Shown here piece after piece: positions 22,915 to 35,200 of a DNA stretch of 51,038 bases. The stretch's first letter is position 1. Each line of letters begins with the position of its first letter. A program made the translations under genes and the position numbers. The DNA is from Fonticula alba ATCC 38817 (taxonomy: Eukaryota > Protista > Nucleariida), in assembly GCA_000388065.2 (NCBI GenBank), contig KB932202.1; one strand, 5' to 3'. The notes beneath the pieces were generated by a model that saw only the letters and a program-made list of their open reading frames with translations, did not search any database and was not told the DNA's origin.

Positions 22915-25533
22915 CTTGCTTTGGTGGTGGGGGAGGAGGAGGCTGAAGGGGAAAGGGGAGCAGGAGCAGAGGTGGAGGGGGGGAGGAGGGGGGGATGGAA
23001 GGGGGTATGCCTGGGATCGCGGGCCCCTCGGGAGGCCAAGGCGCTGCCATCTAATCGTCGGCGTGCCCCCTCCCGCCCTTGGCCTCCCTTCGCCTGGAGA
23101 CAGAGAGAGAGAGAGACTCCCACGAGGGCATATTCCCCAGGGACGACCGCCACCTGGCGCGCGCGCGCGCGCGCCTGGCCAGCATGGGGGGCTCCTCATT
23201 CGAGAGGTCGAGGACATGAGCGTACGAGGCACGGCAGGGGGGCGGGGGAGGAAACTGTGTTTGTCGGGTACATACAAATGTCCTTGCGCATACAAGAACA
23301 CCGCCCCGCCCCCCCCCCNNNNNNNNNNCCGTCGCGGGGAGGGGGACCCGGGGGCGCATACGCCGGAACACACGCCCGGGCGACCCACGCGTGGAGCCGC
23401 CGGCAAACGGCGCTCGGGGGCTCCCCATCGCTGGTGATCTGCCATGTGAGGGGGCCGTGAGGGAGTGCAATCCCCCCCCCCCCCCGGGGGGACAACATCT
23501 GGGCGGGGCGGGATTATTCTAGACCGGAGGACCACGGGGATGCGGGGGCGCGCCGACACCGAATTCCCCCCCACCCCCCGTGGGCCGAGACAATCCGCCG
23601 ATTCAAATGGCCATCGTGTGGGTACTGTCGGGTCTCTTTTTTCTGTCTTTTCTTTTTCTTTTTTTTTCCTCCGGGCATGGACCGCGCACGCCCCCCCAGC
23701 GGGGGGGTGGAGAACCGGCTGCCAGGGGAGGCATGGCCCATGCGCCGGGAGTCGGTCTCGGGACGTGATCCTGTCCCCGTGGTGAGAGGATCACGCGATG
23801 CCCGCCGCTTTCGTCCGCTCTCTGGGAGGATCGCCGCTCGCCCGCCGGCGTCCCCCGGTCCGCCGCCGGAGCAGACGATCGGTCCCCCGGGCGGGGGGGG
23901 GGGGGGGGGGGGGCGGAAGACCAGGGGAGGTATGCCTTGCCTCCGGCAGCCCCCCGCCCCCCTCGGACCCCGGACCCTGGGCCTCTCGATGCTTCCAAAT
24001 GCCCGCACCCGGACTCTCGGTCCTCTAATTCTCCCCGACGGGGGGGGGGGGGGGGTGCAAGCTGGGAGCCAGCGAGATTGGTGTGTTCCGCCCTGGGCTG
24101 GGGGTGTGGTCCCGGGGGAAACCGATGACACAGAGAGGGATCGGAAATGGACCGGGCTGGGTGGCGGAACGGGGGGGGGAACTGGAAAAGGAGAATCCCC
24201 AGAATCAGCCAGCCTATCGGGCCTTGGCTTCGGCCTCTCCTCACACGCGAATGTCCCCCGCGCCCCCGCCCTTGGTGCCGCGCAAGGAGACCGCGCCCCG
24301 GCGGCCTGGCCCGTGTTAGGTAGGCTACCATCATCATCATCATCATCATCATACTGCCAAGGGTCCCTCCCCCGAGGGAACTACCGGCACATAGGAGAGC
24401 GGAGCCCATTTGCCCGGACGCCCTGAACACCGTTGCACAGCCCAAACCAAGGGCGCGAGGAAGGGACGCCCTTCTCGGACGCAGCCCGGCACCGGGATGC
24501 CTTGGCCTGGCCGGCGCGCGGCCGGGGGCGGGGTGCCGGTGTCTGAAGGGCCCCCCCCCCCCAGTGGGCCCGAGCATTTGCCTTGTTCTCGATGCGGGCC
24601 ACCGCGCCCCACAGTCCCAGGGACTGGGCGCATCACTGGCGTGTGTGGCGTCCTCGGCCCGGCACTCGGTCCCCCGGCCTCGACTCTCCCCCCCCCCCAA
24701 CGGCAGGGGGCAGCAGTCAGGAGAGGGCGGAGGCGCGTTGGTGGCCCGGAAGAATAGCCCAAGAAGTGCCCCGGGGCCGGAGGGGGGAGGGGGGGGCCAG
24801 ACAAGAAGGCAGGGTACGCTGGTCACCCGGAACAAGGGGCCCCCGAGCTTGGCTTCCAGTCAGCCGCACACGGCGCCACAAGCGCCGGTCCAAGGCTCGG
24901 CGGCGCATGCTTCCGTCCCGCCAGTTGGCCCGGCGTCGGTCCCCACCCCTCTGGCTGGGCGACCCATCGCCTCGGACCCCATCCACAGTCCCTGGTCTGG
25001 TCCGGGGAAAGCGCAGGCAGCGCCCCCCCCCCCCGCCCGCCCCCCTCTCCTCGGCTTGGGGCGTCGATCTGTCCCGGCCTCCCTTCGCACCGAGCCAGCC
25101 CTCCGCACTGAGCCCTTCCTCCGCGGTATGGGCAACAGTCAAAAGGCCCCGTCCTCGGCCGAGGGGCGCCCCGGGCGCCCGCACGACATCGGAGCCCCCC
25201 TCCTCTCGCCATCTCCCCTTCTCGCCCCCCCCCCTCCTCCTCTGCTGTTTCTCTGCCCTTGCCGCACCCTCGCCCACACCCGCGCGCGCTCCGACGCTCG
25301 CCCCCCCCCCTCTCCTCCCGGCACATCGAGCCCGTCCCCCTGCCTTCCCTCCCTCTCCCGCCCTCTTTTTCTCCGGCCCCTCCCGTCCCCCGTCCGGGCG
25401 CCCTTTTCTTTGTACGCCCACAGGCTCCAGCCGCCACTTGGTCACGCCCCGGTCCACCTCCGGCAGTCACCTCTCATTCGCTGACACACACATCCGCTAC
25501 CGATGACACTTGCTCGGGCGCCTGGCAGACACC

Positions 25534-28103
25534 ATGGTCCTGTCGGCGGTTTTCATTCTCGACATCAAGGGCAAGGTCCTGATCTCCCGCAACTACCGTG
25601 GCGACATCAACATGTCGGCCATCGACAACTTCGTCCCCCTGGTGGTCGATGTACGTGAGACGCGGCCCGCATGTTGACCTTGCCTCCTGGCTCCCCTCCC
25701 TGGGGCGGCCGCTGGGCAAACCCCTGGCACNNNNNNNNNNCCCCCTCCCCTCCACTCTCCCCAGGCCGAGGATGAGCCTCCCCCGGTCGTTGCCTCCGAC
25801 GGCCTCCACTTCATCTACATCAAGCATAATGATCTCTACCGTATGTCGATCTCCCTCCTGCCCTGCCTCTTGCGGGCCTCCTCCCGCCCGCCCACCTGTC
25901 CCCTCTCTAACACCTTGGCTAATGTGGGGGGGGGCAAAAAAAAACACCCCAGTGGTCGGCATCACCCGGAAGAACACCAATGCCGCCGCGCAGCTGGTCT
26001 ACCTGCACAAGTTCCGCGCCATCCTCGAGGATTACTTCCGCACCCTGCGCGAGGAGTCCATTCGCGACAACTTTGTCCTCATTTACGAGCTCCTCGATGA
26101 GACCATGGACTTCGGCCACCCCCAGTTCACCGAGCCCAGCATCCTGAAGGAGTGCGTCGCCCCATGCCCATGCGCCGGGTCCTCTTGCCAGCGGCCCCCT
26201 CCGCCGTCGATCGGCCTTGGCCTGCTGCCTGGCCTCGTTTGTTGACCATATGCCACTGTCCACCTCCCTCCCACCCCCGTGCGCCTCCTCGGATAGGTAC
26301 ATCACCCAGGAGTCCAATGCCCTGGACATCATCACCGGCGCGGTTGGCCTTGGCTCCGGCATCCCCTCTCAGGCCAGCACCCCGGGCGGCCCGCGCCCGC
26401 CGCAGGCCGTCACCAACGCGGTCTCCTGGCGCCCGGAGGGCATCCGCCATCGCAAGAACGAGGTCTACCTCGATGTGGTCGAGTCCATCAACCTGCTGGT
26501 TCGTGTGTCCCCTCCGGCTGCCATGTCACCCTGGCATGCATTCTCACCCCCTATTGCCTCCTCCATTCGACCATCTCCCTTCTCTCCCGTCCGGGTGGCT
26601 TGGGTCTCACAGGCCAACCCCGATGGCACGGTCCTGCGCTCGGAGATCATCGGCGCCATCAAGATGCGCGTCCAGCTGAGCGGCATGCCCGAGCTCCGCC
26701 TCGGCCTCAACGACAAGGTTCTTTTCGAGTCCACTGGCCGCTGTACGTGGGACATTCGCCCGAACATGGCCCCCCCCCCCCCTCCCCTCTCTCACATTCC
26801 TCTCTCCCTTTCTCCCACTCCCTCCCGGGTCTCTCAGCCACCAAGGCCAAGGCTGTCGAGCTGGAGGACGTCAAGTTCCACCAGTGTGTGCGTCTGTCGC
26901 GCTTCGACACCGACCGGACCATTTCCTTCATCCCCCCTGATGGCGAGTTCGATCTGATGACCTATCGCCTGAACACTCCGGTCCGCCCGCTGATCTGGGT
27001 CGAGAGCATTGTCGAGACCTACTCCGGTACCCGTGTGGCCTACCTGATCAAGCTTACCGGCCAGTTCCGTCGCCGGTCGACCGCCAACAGCATCGAGGTG
27101 GCCATCCCGGTGCCGGATGATGCGGACACGCCGAAGTTCCGCCCGGCTGTTGGCTCGGCCCGCTACGCCCCGGAGCGTGGTGCCATCATCTGGACCATCA
27201 AGCTTCTGCCCGGTGGTCGTGAGACTGCCCTCCGCTGCAGCTTCGGCCTGCCGTCCGTTCGTCGCGGTGCGTACATGATGGACCGCGGCGGCGGGTAACC
27301 TGCCTGCCTATTTGCCCTCTCCCCGGCCTGGCCGCCGGTGTTCCCGCGAAGGATGTGGGCAGGAGGAACACCGCGATCCCGCGGGAAGGGGGGGGGGGGG
27401 GGGCTGCATGCCGGGGCTCGAAGCTGTCCACTGACACGTTGCCATTTTCTTCCTCTCCGCCTCTCGCGCACCACAGCCGAGGACATTGCCAAGCGGCCTC
27501 GCCCCATCGGCGTCAAGTTCGAGATCCCCTACTTCACCACCTCCGGTCTGCAGGTCCGCTACCTGAAGGTTGTCGAGCGCAGCGGCTACCAGGCTCTTCC
27601 TTGGGTTCGCTACATTACTAAGAACGGCGGTACGTGGGCGGCAAAAAGCATCCCCTCCTCTTGAGAAAAGAGAGTGTGAGAGGGTGGTCTCTGCGGCCTC
27701 GGGGGGAGGGGGGGGGGGGGGCCTTCGTGGCTGTCGCTTTCTGCTTCGCCCACTGTTCACTGACACGCTTGCCCCGGCGTATGTCTTTCCTTGGCCGCTC
27801 CCATTGCCCGTTTTTTTTCTTCCAGACTACGATATTCGCATGGCCGAGGCCGTTGCTGTTGCGGCCAACTCCGAATCTGCCCTCAACAATGCTGCTGCCT
27901 TTGGTGCGTACGCCCCGATGCCCTCTTGTCCTGAGTTGGCCGCGCCGTGTCCTCCTGTGTGTCGTCACATCGCTGACATTCCTCTTGCTTCGGCCTCTCT
28001 CTGGACCTCCCCTGCCTCCCCCCCTCTTCCGGCCTCGCTTGTCCTCGAACGATCGGCCAATGTTGAATGCGTGTCTCCACTCACGACAGCTGAGGGCAAT
28101 TAA
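25534..28103 (+). CDS. AP1M1: AP-1 adaptor complex mu subunit; 9 exons, ~465 aa
   Basis: Exons 25534-25650, 25765-25840, 25953-26151, 26297-26498, 26613-26742, 26838-27266, 27477-27629, 27826-27903, 28090-28103. Motifs ILDIKGKVLISRNYRGD, EESIRDNFVLIYELLDETMDFG, AVTNAVSWR, KNEVYLDVVE, SGMPELRLGLNDK, LEDVKFHQCVRL, FIPPDGEF, VKFEIPYFTTSGLQVRYLK and YQALPWVRYIT (mu1-type). Confidence 0.96.
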
Positions 28104-29409
28104 ATGCTGCGATCGCGTGGTGGACTCCGCCGCGGGGCCTCGAGATTGGCGCCAGTGCCCGATGTCTCCCCTCTTTCCTTCCTCACTACACACCCTCATA
28201 TACAACCTCATATGCTCATAACTTCACACGTGCACGTGCATATGCATCCATGCCGCCCCATACACACGCACATACGCACATCTCCCGCCCATATGTGCCA
28301 AGGATCCTGCCATCCCCTCCTTGAGCCTTCAGAGAGGTCCCCAGTTTGATTGCCATCCATGTGCGCCGCGCCTTTCTCCGCCTGCGGCAATGTGCTCCCC
28401 TTCCGCTCGCCAAGCAATATATAAAGCCTACCTTCTGTCGGTCCCCCTCTCCCTGCCATCCAGTGGGCGGGAGGGACGAGGGCCTTGAGCGCGGGAAGTC
28501 CGGCCAATAACCAAGGCCACCACTCGGCACAGGCGAGCATCAGAAAGAATGGAGGCAGGTGGAGTGGGAACTATTATTCTCGCATGACAGCCTTTACCCT
28601 CGAGGGCCTATTGGGTGGGGAGGGGAGGGGAGGGAGGTAGAGAGGGCGAGAGAGGAGGGGACAGAGGGCGAGAGAGATAGAGAGAGAGAGGGAGGGAGGG
28701 AGAGGGAGAGAAGAACATAACAGAGAAAGGGGCTTTAGGTGTAACAACTTGACAGGCATGCATAGTGGAGAAGTCAAGTGCGGACTCCCGCCCCAGTTGT
28801 GAAGAACAAGGGACAAATGCAGTCGGCGTGTTTGTGGGTGGGTGTGTGTGTGTGTGTGTGTTTGACCTTGATGGAGTCCGCAAGTAGTCCAAGCACTGGG
28901 CCGGCCTATTGGCCGAGCACAACAGCAGGGAGCTACAAAGAGAGGAAAGTACTCAGAGGGAAGCCTCGAAGGAGGCACACAAGAGATTGAGCCCCGGGCT
29001 GCTGACTGAGGTCCCTTCCCACAGAGCGGCATCCTCGCCCGAGAGGGTAACACTCGGGCACGGAGGCCAGACAAACGGACATGCTACGAACGGATACCCA
29101 GCGAGAGGAAGGAAGATGAGGGACAAGGTGCGAAGGGAAGAGAGAGAGAGAGAGAGGGAGGGAGGAAGAAGGCAAGGGAGGACAACCGGGGGAAATGGGT
29201 GTTGCACATCGAAGTCTAATTTGGAAAGGATAAGAAAAGGGTAGGGGGGAAAAAGAGAAGAGGGCGCGACACGCAGCCACCCTTCACAAGGGACGAGGAG
29301 GGAGAAGAGAGGAAGATGATGATGGAGATAGGAATGGGGGAGAGGGGGGGGGGATAGAAGGAGGGGGAGAAGGAGAGAGCACTTCCGCTCATGGCAGCTA
29401 CGGTGCCCC

Positions 29410-30770
29410 TTAGTTCGCGCGAGTGGCACGCTGCTTGGCTTGAGTCTTCCCCGGCGTGGCAGCCGAGCTGCGAGCCGCAGCATTGAGAGCGGCATTGGGC
29501 ACTGTGGAGCTGCCAGCCGCGGGGACACCCTTGATCGGGGCGACGGGCGTGGCATCGGTGGCCTCGAGGACCGGCGTGCTGCCCGAAGCACTGGCCACAG
29601 AAGGCTCCTCACGGATGTCGGACATGGGGTTGCCGAGGAGTGTCCGCACGACGATCTTCATGATGAGGTAGAACCAGAAGACATGCAGGGCCTGCAGGAT
29701 GGCCAGCAGGCAGTTGAAGATGACATACCCGTGGCCGACCTTCAGGAAGAAGCTGGCCTCGAGCAGGGTCGAGCGCAGGACGAACCCCGGGAAGAGGACC
29801 AGACGCGTGATGAAGAAGGCCAGGGTGAAGGCCACGAAGAAGACCGCCGAAATGGATTCCCGGCCGACATAAACGAAGAGCTTGGCAATCTCCATGAACG
29901 GGTCGCTCAGATCATGCAGGACCATGACCAGCACGCCGACGCGGTAGAAGCCAATCGACAGGGAGAGGACAATCAGGAAGATGGTGACCGCGTGGTGAAC
30001 CCACATCTGCATGCGATCATCCAGGCGCGGCTCGTGGTACAGGACGAAGCAGGTTTGCAGCCAGTAAGCCAGGTCGAAGAGGTAGAACTGCTTGACATCG
30101 GGCCTAGACCGGGGACAGGACAGGGAGGTTAGACAGAAGTGCAAGAGGATGGGTAGGGGGGAGGGGGCGAGAGCGGGAGCGCGAGGGGGGACAGAGAGAA
30201 GGAGGGAGAGAGGGAGAGAGGGAGAGAGGGAGANNNNNNNNNNNNNNNNNNNNNNNNNNNNNNNNNNNNNNNNNNNNNNNNNNNNNNNNNNNNNNNNNNN
30301 NNNNNNNNNNNNNNNNNNNNNNNNNNNNNNNNNNNNNNNNNNNNNNNNNNNNNNNNNNNNNNNNNNNNNNNNNNNNNNNNNNNNNNNNNNNNNNNNNNNN
30401 NNNNNNNNNNNNNNNNNNNNNNNNNNNNNNNNNNNNNNNNNNNNNNNNNNNNNNNNNNNNNNNNNNNNNNNNNNNNNNNNNNNNNNNNNNGAGAGGGAGA
30501 AAGAGGGAGAGAGGGAGAGAGGGAGAAAGAGGGAGAAAGAGGGAGAAAGAGGGAGAAAGAGGGAGAAAGAGGGGAGGTCAAGTGGGAGGCGGAAAACACG
30601 CACTCAATCGCGCTCGGATAGGCGTTCCACCAATCGATACTCCGAAGGAGCCAGGGATACTTGCCGCAAACGAGCAGGCCAACCAGGCAGAGGGCACTGA
30701 AGGAGAAGAATTTCCAGCACGCGGTCTCGAACTTGTGGACGGCGTTGGAGAACTCGGAGTTGCTGAAGCG

Positions 30771-30817
<47 letters not shown>

Positions 30818-32213
30818 CCATGGCGAGGCAGTGGATGTAGGGGGGGGGGAGAACAAGGGAGGTGGGTTAGCAAAGTGCCGGATGGAGGCACGAACACACG
30901 GCAGAAGGGTGCAGTAGGAAACGCACACGATGGAGCCATCAGGCCGGGTGACATCACCCTCCTGGGGAGACTCATCCGCGGTGAGAGGGAGGAAGAACTT
31001 GTCGCGGCTGAGGACCTTCTTGGCAAAGGGCTGAAGCGTGCGCATGTGCACAGGGGGGGGGGGGGGCGAAAGACAGAGTTAGATGAACAAGAGAAGGAGG
31101 CGTCCAATCAACAACCATGTGTGGCATCATGAGGAGGCCGACGCACGATGAAAAGAAGGTGACGAAGACCGGAGAAAAGGGCCGCCCAGATGCAGGTGTA
31201 CAGCAGAATCATGGGGATATCCTTCATGGGGTGAAAAGGCCGGCCAGTGGGGGGAGGGAGGCACAAAGAGAGGACGACATGTCAGGAGCCAGGCCGATGG
31301 GCAGCGTAGCAGGCTGCCAGTCAGAGAAAGATGGCCACGGAGGGAGACACATCAAGCGCCCGAGGCCCACGCACCGAGACACACAGGTACACGCCACTCA
31401 GGAGCCCGTCCTTCAGAAAGGCGATCTCACTCAGGAGATCTGGCGGCATCATCTTGTGATGGACAAAGGGCAACAGGACAGTCGGGATGTACGGGGCCAG
31501 CCAGGCAGGACCAGTGGTCACAACGTCGGCCGCAAGGGCCGCAGCCGCGGACCGAACGGTCGGCAGGGTCATGGTTGTGCCGAAGTCGCGAAGTGCGTGC
31601 TCTGCGCGGGCAACAGAGCAAGGCGGGGAGGAGGAAGGGAGGGCAGAAAGGGAGTGAGTGTGGCAGACGGGGGAGGGGGGGGGTGTTTGGTTTGTTGGGA
31701 ACTCATGTCCGTGATTTCTTTTTTCCTGATTTTTGTTTATTTTAGTGGGGGTGTGCGTGTGTGTGGGGGGGGGGGGTGGGGTGGGGGGGGGGGGGGGGGG
31801 GGGGGGGNNNNNNNNNNNNNNNNNNNNNNNNNNNNNNNNNNNNNNNNNNNNNNNNNNNNNNNNNNNNNNNNNNNNNNNNNNNNNNNNNNNNNNNNNNNNN
31901 NNNNNNNNNNNNNNNCCGGGAGCACAGATGGCCCGAAAGTCGCATACCTCAGAGGATCAGCAAATCTTGGCCGGGACGTCACGGGCAGCGAGGGCGCGCG
32001 CGCGTGGACGGAGGGAGAAGCGGGCGGGGAGAAGCGGGAAAGCGCGCGTGTGGCTGGGGGGGGAGGGAGGGAGGGGATGTGTTGGGCGGCGTGGTAGGTG
32101 TTGATGTGGGGGGTGGAGGATATCAACAGGGGGAAGGGAGCAGCAGGAAGGGGGGGGGGGGAGGGTGGCGCGTGGCTCACGGGCTTCAGGGATGAGTGGG
32201 TACCCTGGCCCAT
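29410..32213 (-). CDS. LAG1: Ceramide synthase (Lag1/LASS, TLC domain; no homeodomain); 6 exons, ~425 aa. Alternative start at 31572.
   Basis: Exons 32204-32213, 31375-31601, 31147-31221, 30927-31030, 30604-30771, 29410-30103. Motifs KFETACWKF, KQFYLFDLAYW, the Lag1 motif RLDDRMQMWVHHAVTIFLIVLS..GVLVMVLHDLSDPFMEIAK, and LQALHVFWFYLIMKIV. The first small exon is less certain than the rest. Confidence 0.92.
30180..30572. repeat. GA-rich simple repeat (GGGAGA / GGGAGAAAGA units) spanning an N-gap in a ceramide synthase intron
   Basis: Tandem units on both sides of the gap at 30235-30490. Confidence 0.85.
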
Positions 32214-35200
32214 GTGTCTTCAAGGTGGGCGGAGAAGAGCCGGCCGGTATGGCCTCCCCGCGCCCGGCCTGTGGGCCGGGGGGAAGCCGCGCCGAGCAAG
32301 GGGCAGATCTCCGGCCGGCGCCGGCGGCGAGACGCCCGGCGCGAGGTCCAGCGCTGCCTTCTTCCTTAATTGATGGTCTACCAGGTGGGGGAGGCCTCCA
32401 CGTAGGGCGAGCCGGCAGGGGAAGAAGGAGGCAAAGGCAGGGCGCGTGAGCGAACGAGAGTGAGAGCGAGCGACCGGGAGAATGGAACACGGACAAAAAA
32501 CGACGCACAACACCAACAACCCACCGCGACCACTAAATAGAAAGAAGCCCATCACCCAGGAGAATGTGCCTTCCCCCGGGCTGGGGGGAGAACACAACAC
32601 GCGCGGCGGGCAACGGGCTGGCTGCCGCCCGGCCCTCGTGCGAGGGCATGAGCCAGGGTGGGAACGCGGCAGAGAGCGCCGGATCGTCTCGGGCGCCCGA
32701 TGGGCTGAGTGCCGCCAAGAGGGGGGGGACACAAGCGGGCAGCCATTGGCTGGCCCCGCTCCCAGCCGCCCGCCCGCGCCACAGGCCCGCGCCCGCTAGT
32801 TTGGGTCTAGCGGGGAGAAAGAACACCCCCCCCCCCCCCCTGCCCCGCGCCCCTGGCCTTGGAGGCCGGGACAATAATACATCCCGGGCGACCCTGCCGC
32901 CGGGGGAGGCGAGGGACGGGGAATGCACGCGGCAGTGGTAAAAGCAACAGCAGCGGCGGGGCAGGCCACGCCGGCTCTGTCCCGGCCGCCGGGGGGGGCG
33001 GGGGGGGGGGCCGGGGAGCATCTGGCCGGCCGGCCGGTTAGCCGAGGAGGACAATAATATACTGGCCTGGGTCGGGTTTCCCCAGCCCGGCGTGCAAGCC
33101 GCGGAGGGCGCGTGGGCTGGGGGCCGGCACCCTGGGCGTGCGCCCCCAAGCGGCGAGCGAGGCCTGGCCGCCCCCACCCCGGCCCCCGCAGCCAGGGGGA
33201 AGACTCACTGGCACACAGGGGGGGGGGGGGGGGGGGCGCGTGTGCAGCCAAAGAACCCATCCAGCAAGGGCCGCCCCAAGGAAGGCAGAGCCGCGAAGCG
33301 GCGGAGCTGTGTTCCAGGCCCGACGAAGGGGGAAGGGCCACCGCGCAGCAGGTCCGGAGAACCAGGAGCCCAGCGCGGATCGCCCTCCGACCTGGAACGG
33401 AAGCGCGGACGGGGCGCGGAGAAGGGGGGCGGGGCACACTGCGGCCGGTGGGTGCGGCCGGCAGTTACTTTTGGCGACTGTACCCCCGGGGGAAGAAGCC
33501 TGCACACACACACGCACACACGCGCGGACACATGCCTAGAAAAAAACATGCATAAACACTCCGACCATTCCGGTCAGAGACCTACCAGAGACCACACATA
33601 CCCGGCCCCTCCTCCTACTGTGTCTGGGAGGGAGGGGGGTGGAGAGCCTGGGGTCAATCAGGCCGTTACACGCGACGCCGGGGGAGGTGTGCCCGCAAGT
33701 GGCGCGGCGGCGAGCATGTGGTCCGTCAGAAAACAGGGACGAGGCGGGGATCACTCGGGCAGCCGTGCCAGGGGGGGGGGGGGCCGGGCGGGGCGACGCA
33801 CAGGTCAGGCGCGTTCCCCGCCAGTTGGCGGCCAGCGGCGGGGGCCGGGAGGGCTGAAACACCCGAACACTGACTGGTCTTCGGGGCTGGGACAATGCGA
33901 GCGGGCCGAGGGCTGGCGGAACAAAAAAGCCAAAATCCCTCGCAGCACCATGTCGCCGAGACCCCTGCCGCCATGTGGGGCCGGGTCCGTCTGTCGGCGA
34001 GAAGCGAGCTGCGCGCGCACACACACACACACACCCGGGAACAAGAGGCCCCCCCCCCCCCGGGCACCGTCCCACTCGGAGGTCTCTGGCCGTGGTGGAT
34101 GTTTACCCGGGGCGACATGCGCCGGGCGGGGAGGGCGGCGGCCGGGCCTCTGGAAGACCGGACTTCTTGCGGGCGGGCCTGCATTATCATGTTTTTTTAT
34201 AATCCCCCGAATATTGAGAAGACACACGGCGACCTCGCCACCACCAGACCCGCCGCATGATTTGCATATGTCCGATAGACAGGCGGGGCGAGGACGTCTG
34301 CGCGCGCGCGCGCGCGCGCGCTGGCCCTCCCCCGCCAACCGTAAACAATAGCTGGCCTGGTTCCCCTCCAGGGCGGGGGCGGCCCGGGGGACCGAGCCGG
34401 CGGGAGGGAATCAGTTGGACCCCTGCGTCGGCATGTTGGGCCAGGATGTTGGCCGATCTGTCACATCGTCGCGGAGCCGGCGGCCGGGGGGGGGGTAGTT
34501 CATCATTCCGGGCCCGGTCGCCGGGCGGCTGCCTCCTTTGGCACCGGGGTTGTTCCTCGGGCCCGTGGCCGCAGGGCGGACGCCACTTTTGTGCCTGTTC
34601 GGTCTGAAGGGGGCCTGGAGTCCCCCCCCGGGGGGGGCTGGCCGGGCCGGCTGCCGCAGCAGCCGGCGCGGGAGGCCATTTTTCTCTGGGCGGCCGGCGG
34701 GCGATCGACCGGGAGACGCCCCCACCCCGCGGCGCCGTACATATGAGAGTGCTCGTGTGCGCCCGGGCCGAATGGGCCGGCGTGAGCACCGGCGGCCGGC
34801 ATCTGAGCGCGTGCCAGACAGCATGTGTTTGCTGCGGCGCGGGTGACGCGGGCTTCGCCCCCTGCAGCTGGGGGGGGGGGGGGGNNNNNNNNNNNNNNNN
34901 NNNNNNNNNNNNNNNNNNNNNNNNNNNNNNNNNNNNNNNNNNNNNNNNNNNNNNNNNNNNNNNNNNNNNNNNNNNNNNNNNNNNNNNNNNNNNNNNNNNN
35001 NNNNNNNNNNNNNNNNNNNNNNNNNNNNNNNNNNNNNNNNNNNNNNNNNNNNNNNNNNNNNNNNNNNCGGCCCCGGCCAGGGGAGGGGGGGGGGGTGGCG
35101 GGAGGGCGGCACCGGTCCAGGGCGCATTGATGTTCGGCGGCCCGCGCGTCAGGATCAGCGTCTGCCTCTGGGAGCCTCTCTCTCAGGCGCCTAGCCCCCC

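Noticed and set aside
24329-24351. (CAT)n run as a poly-His/Met coding segment
   Set aside because: Short microsatellite in a divergent intergenic region with no supported exon context.
34260-34267. Octamer ATTTGCAT as an snRNA distal element
   Set aside because: No U1/U2/U4/U5/U6-like sequence recognised nearby, and a single 8-mer is expected by chance.
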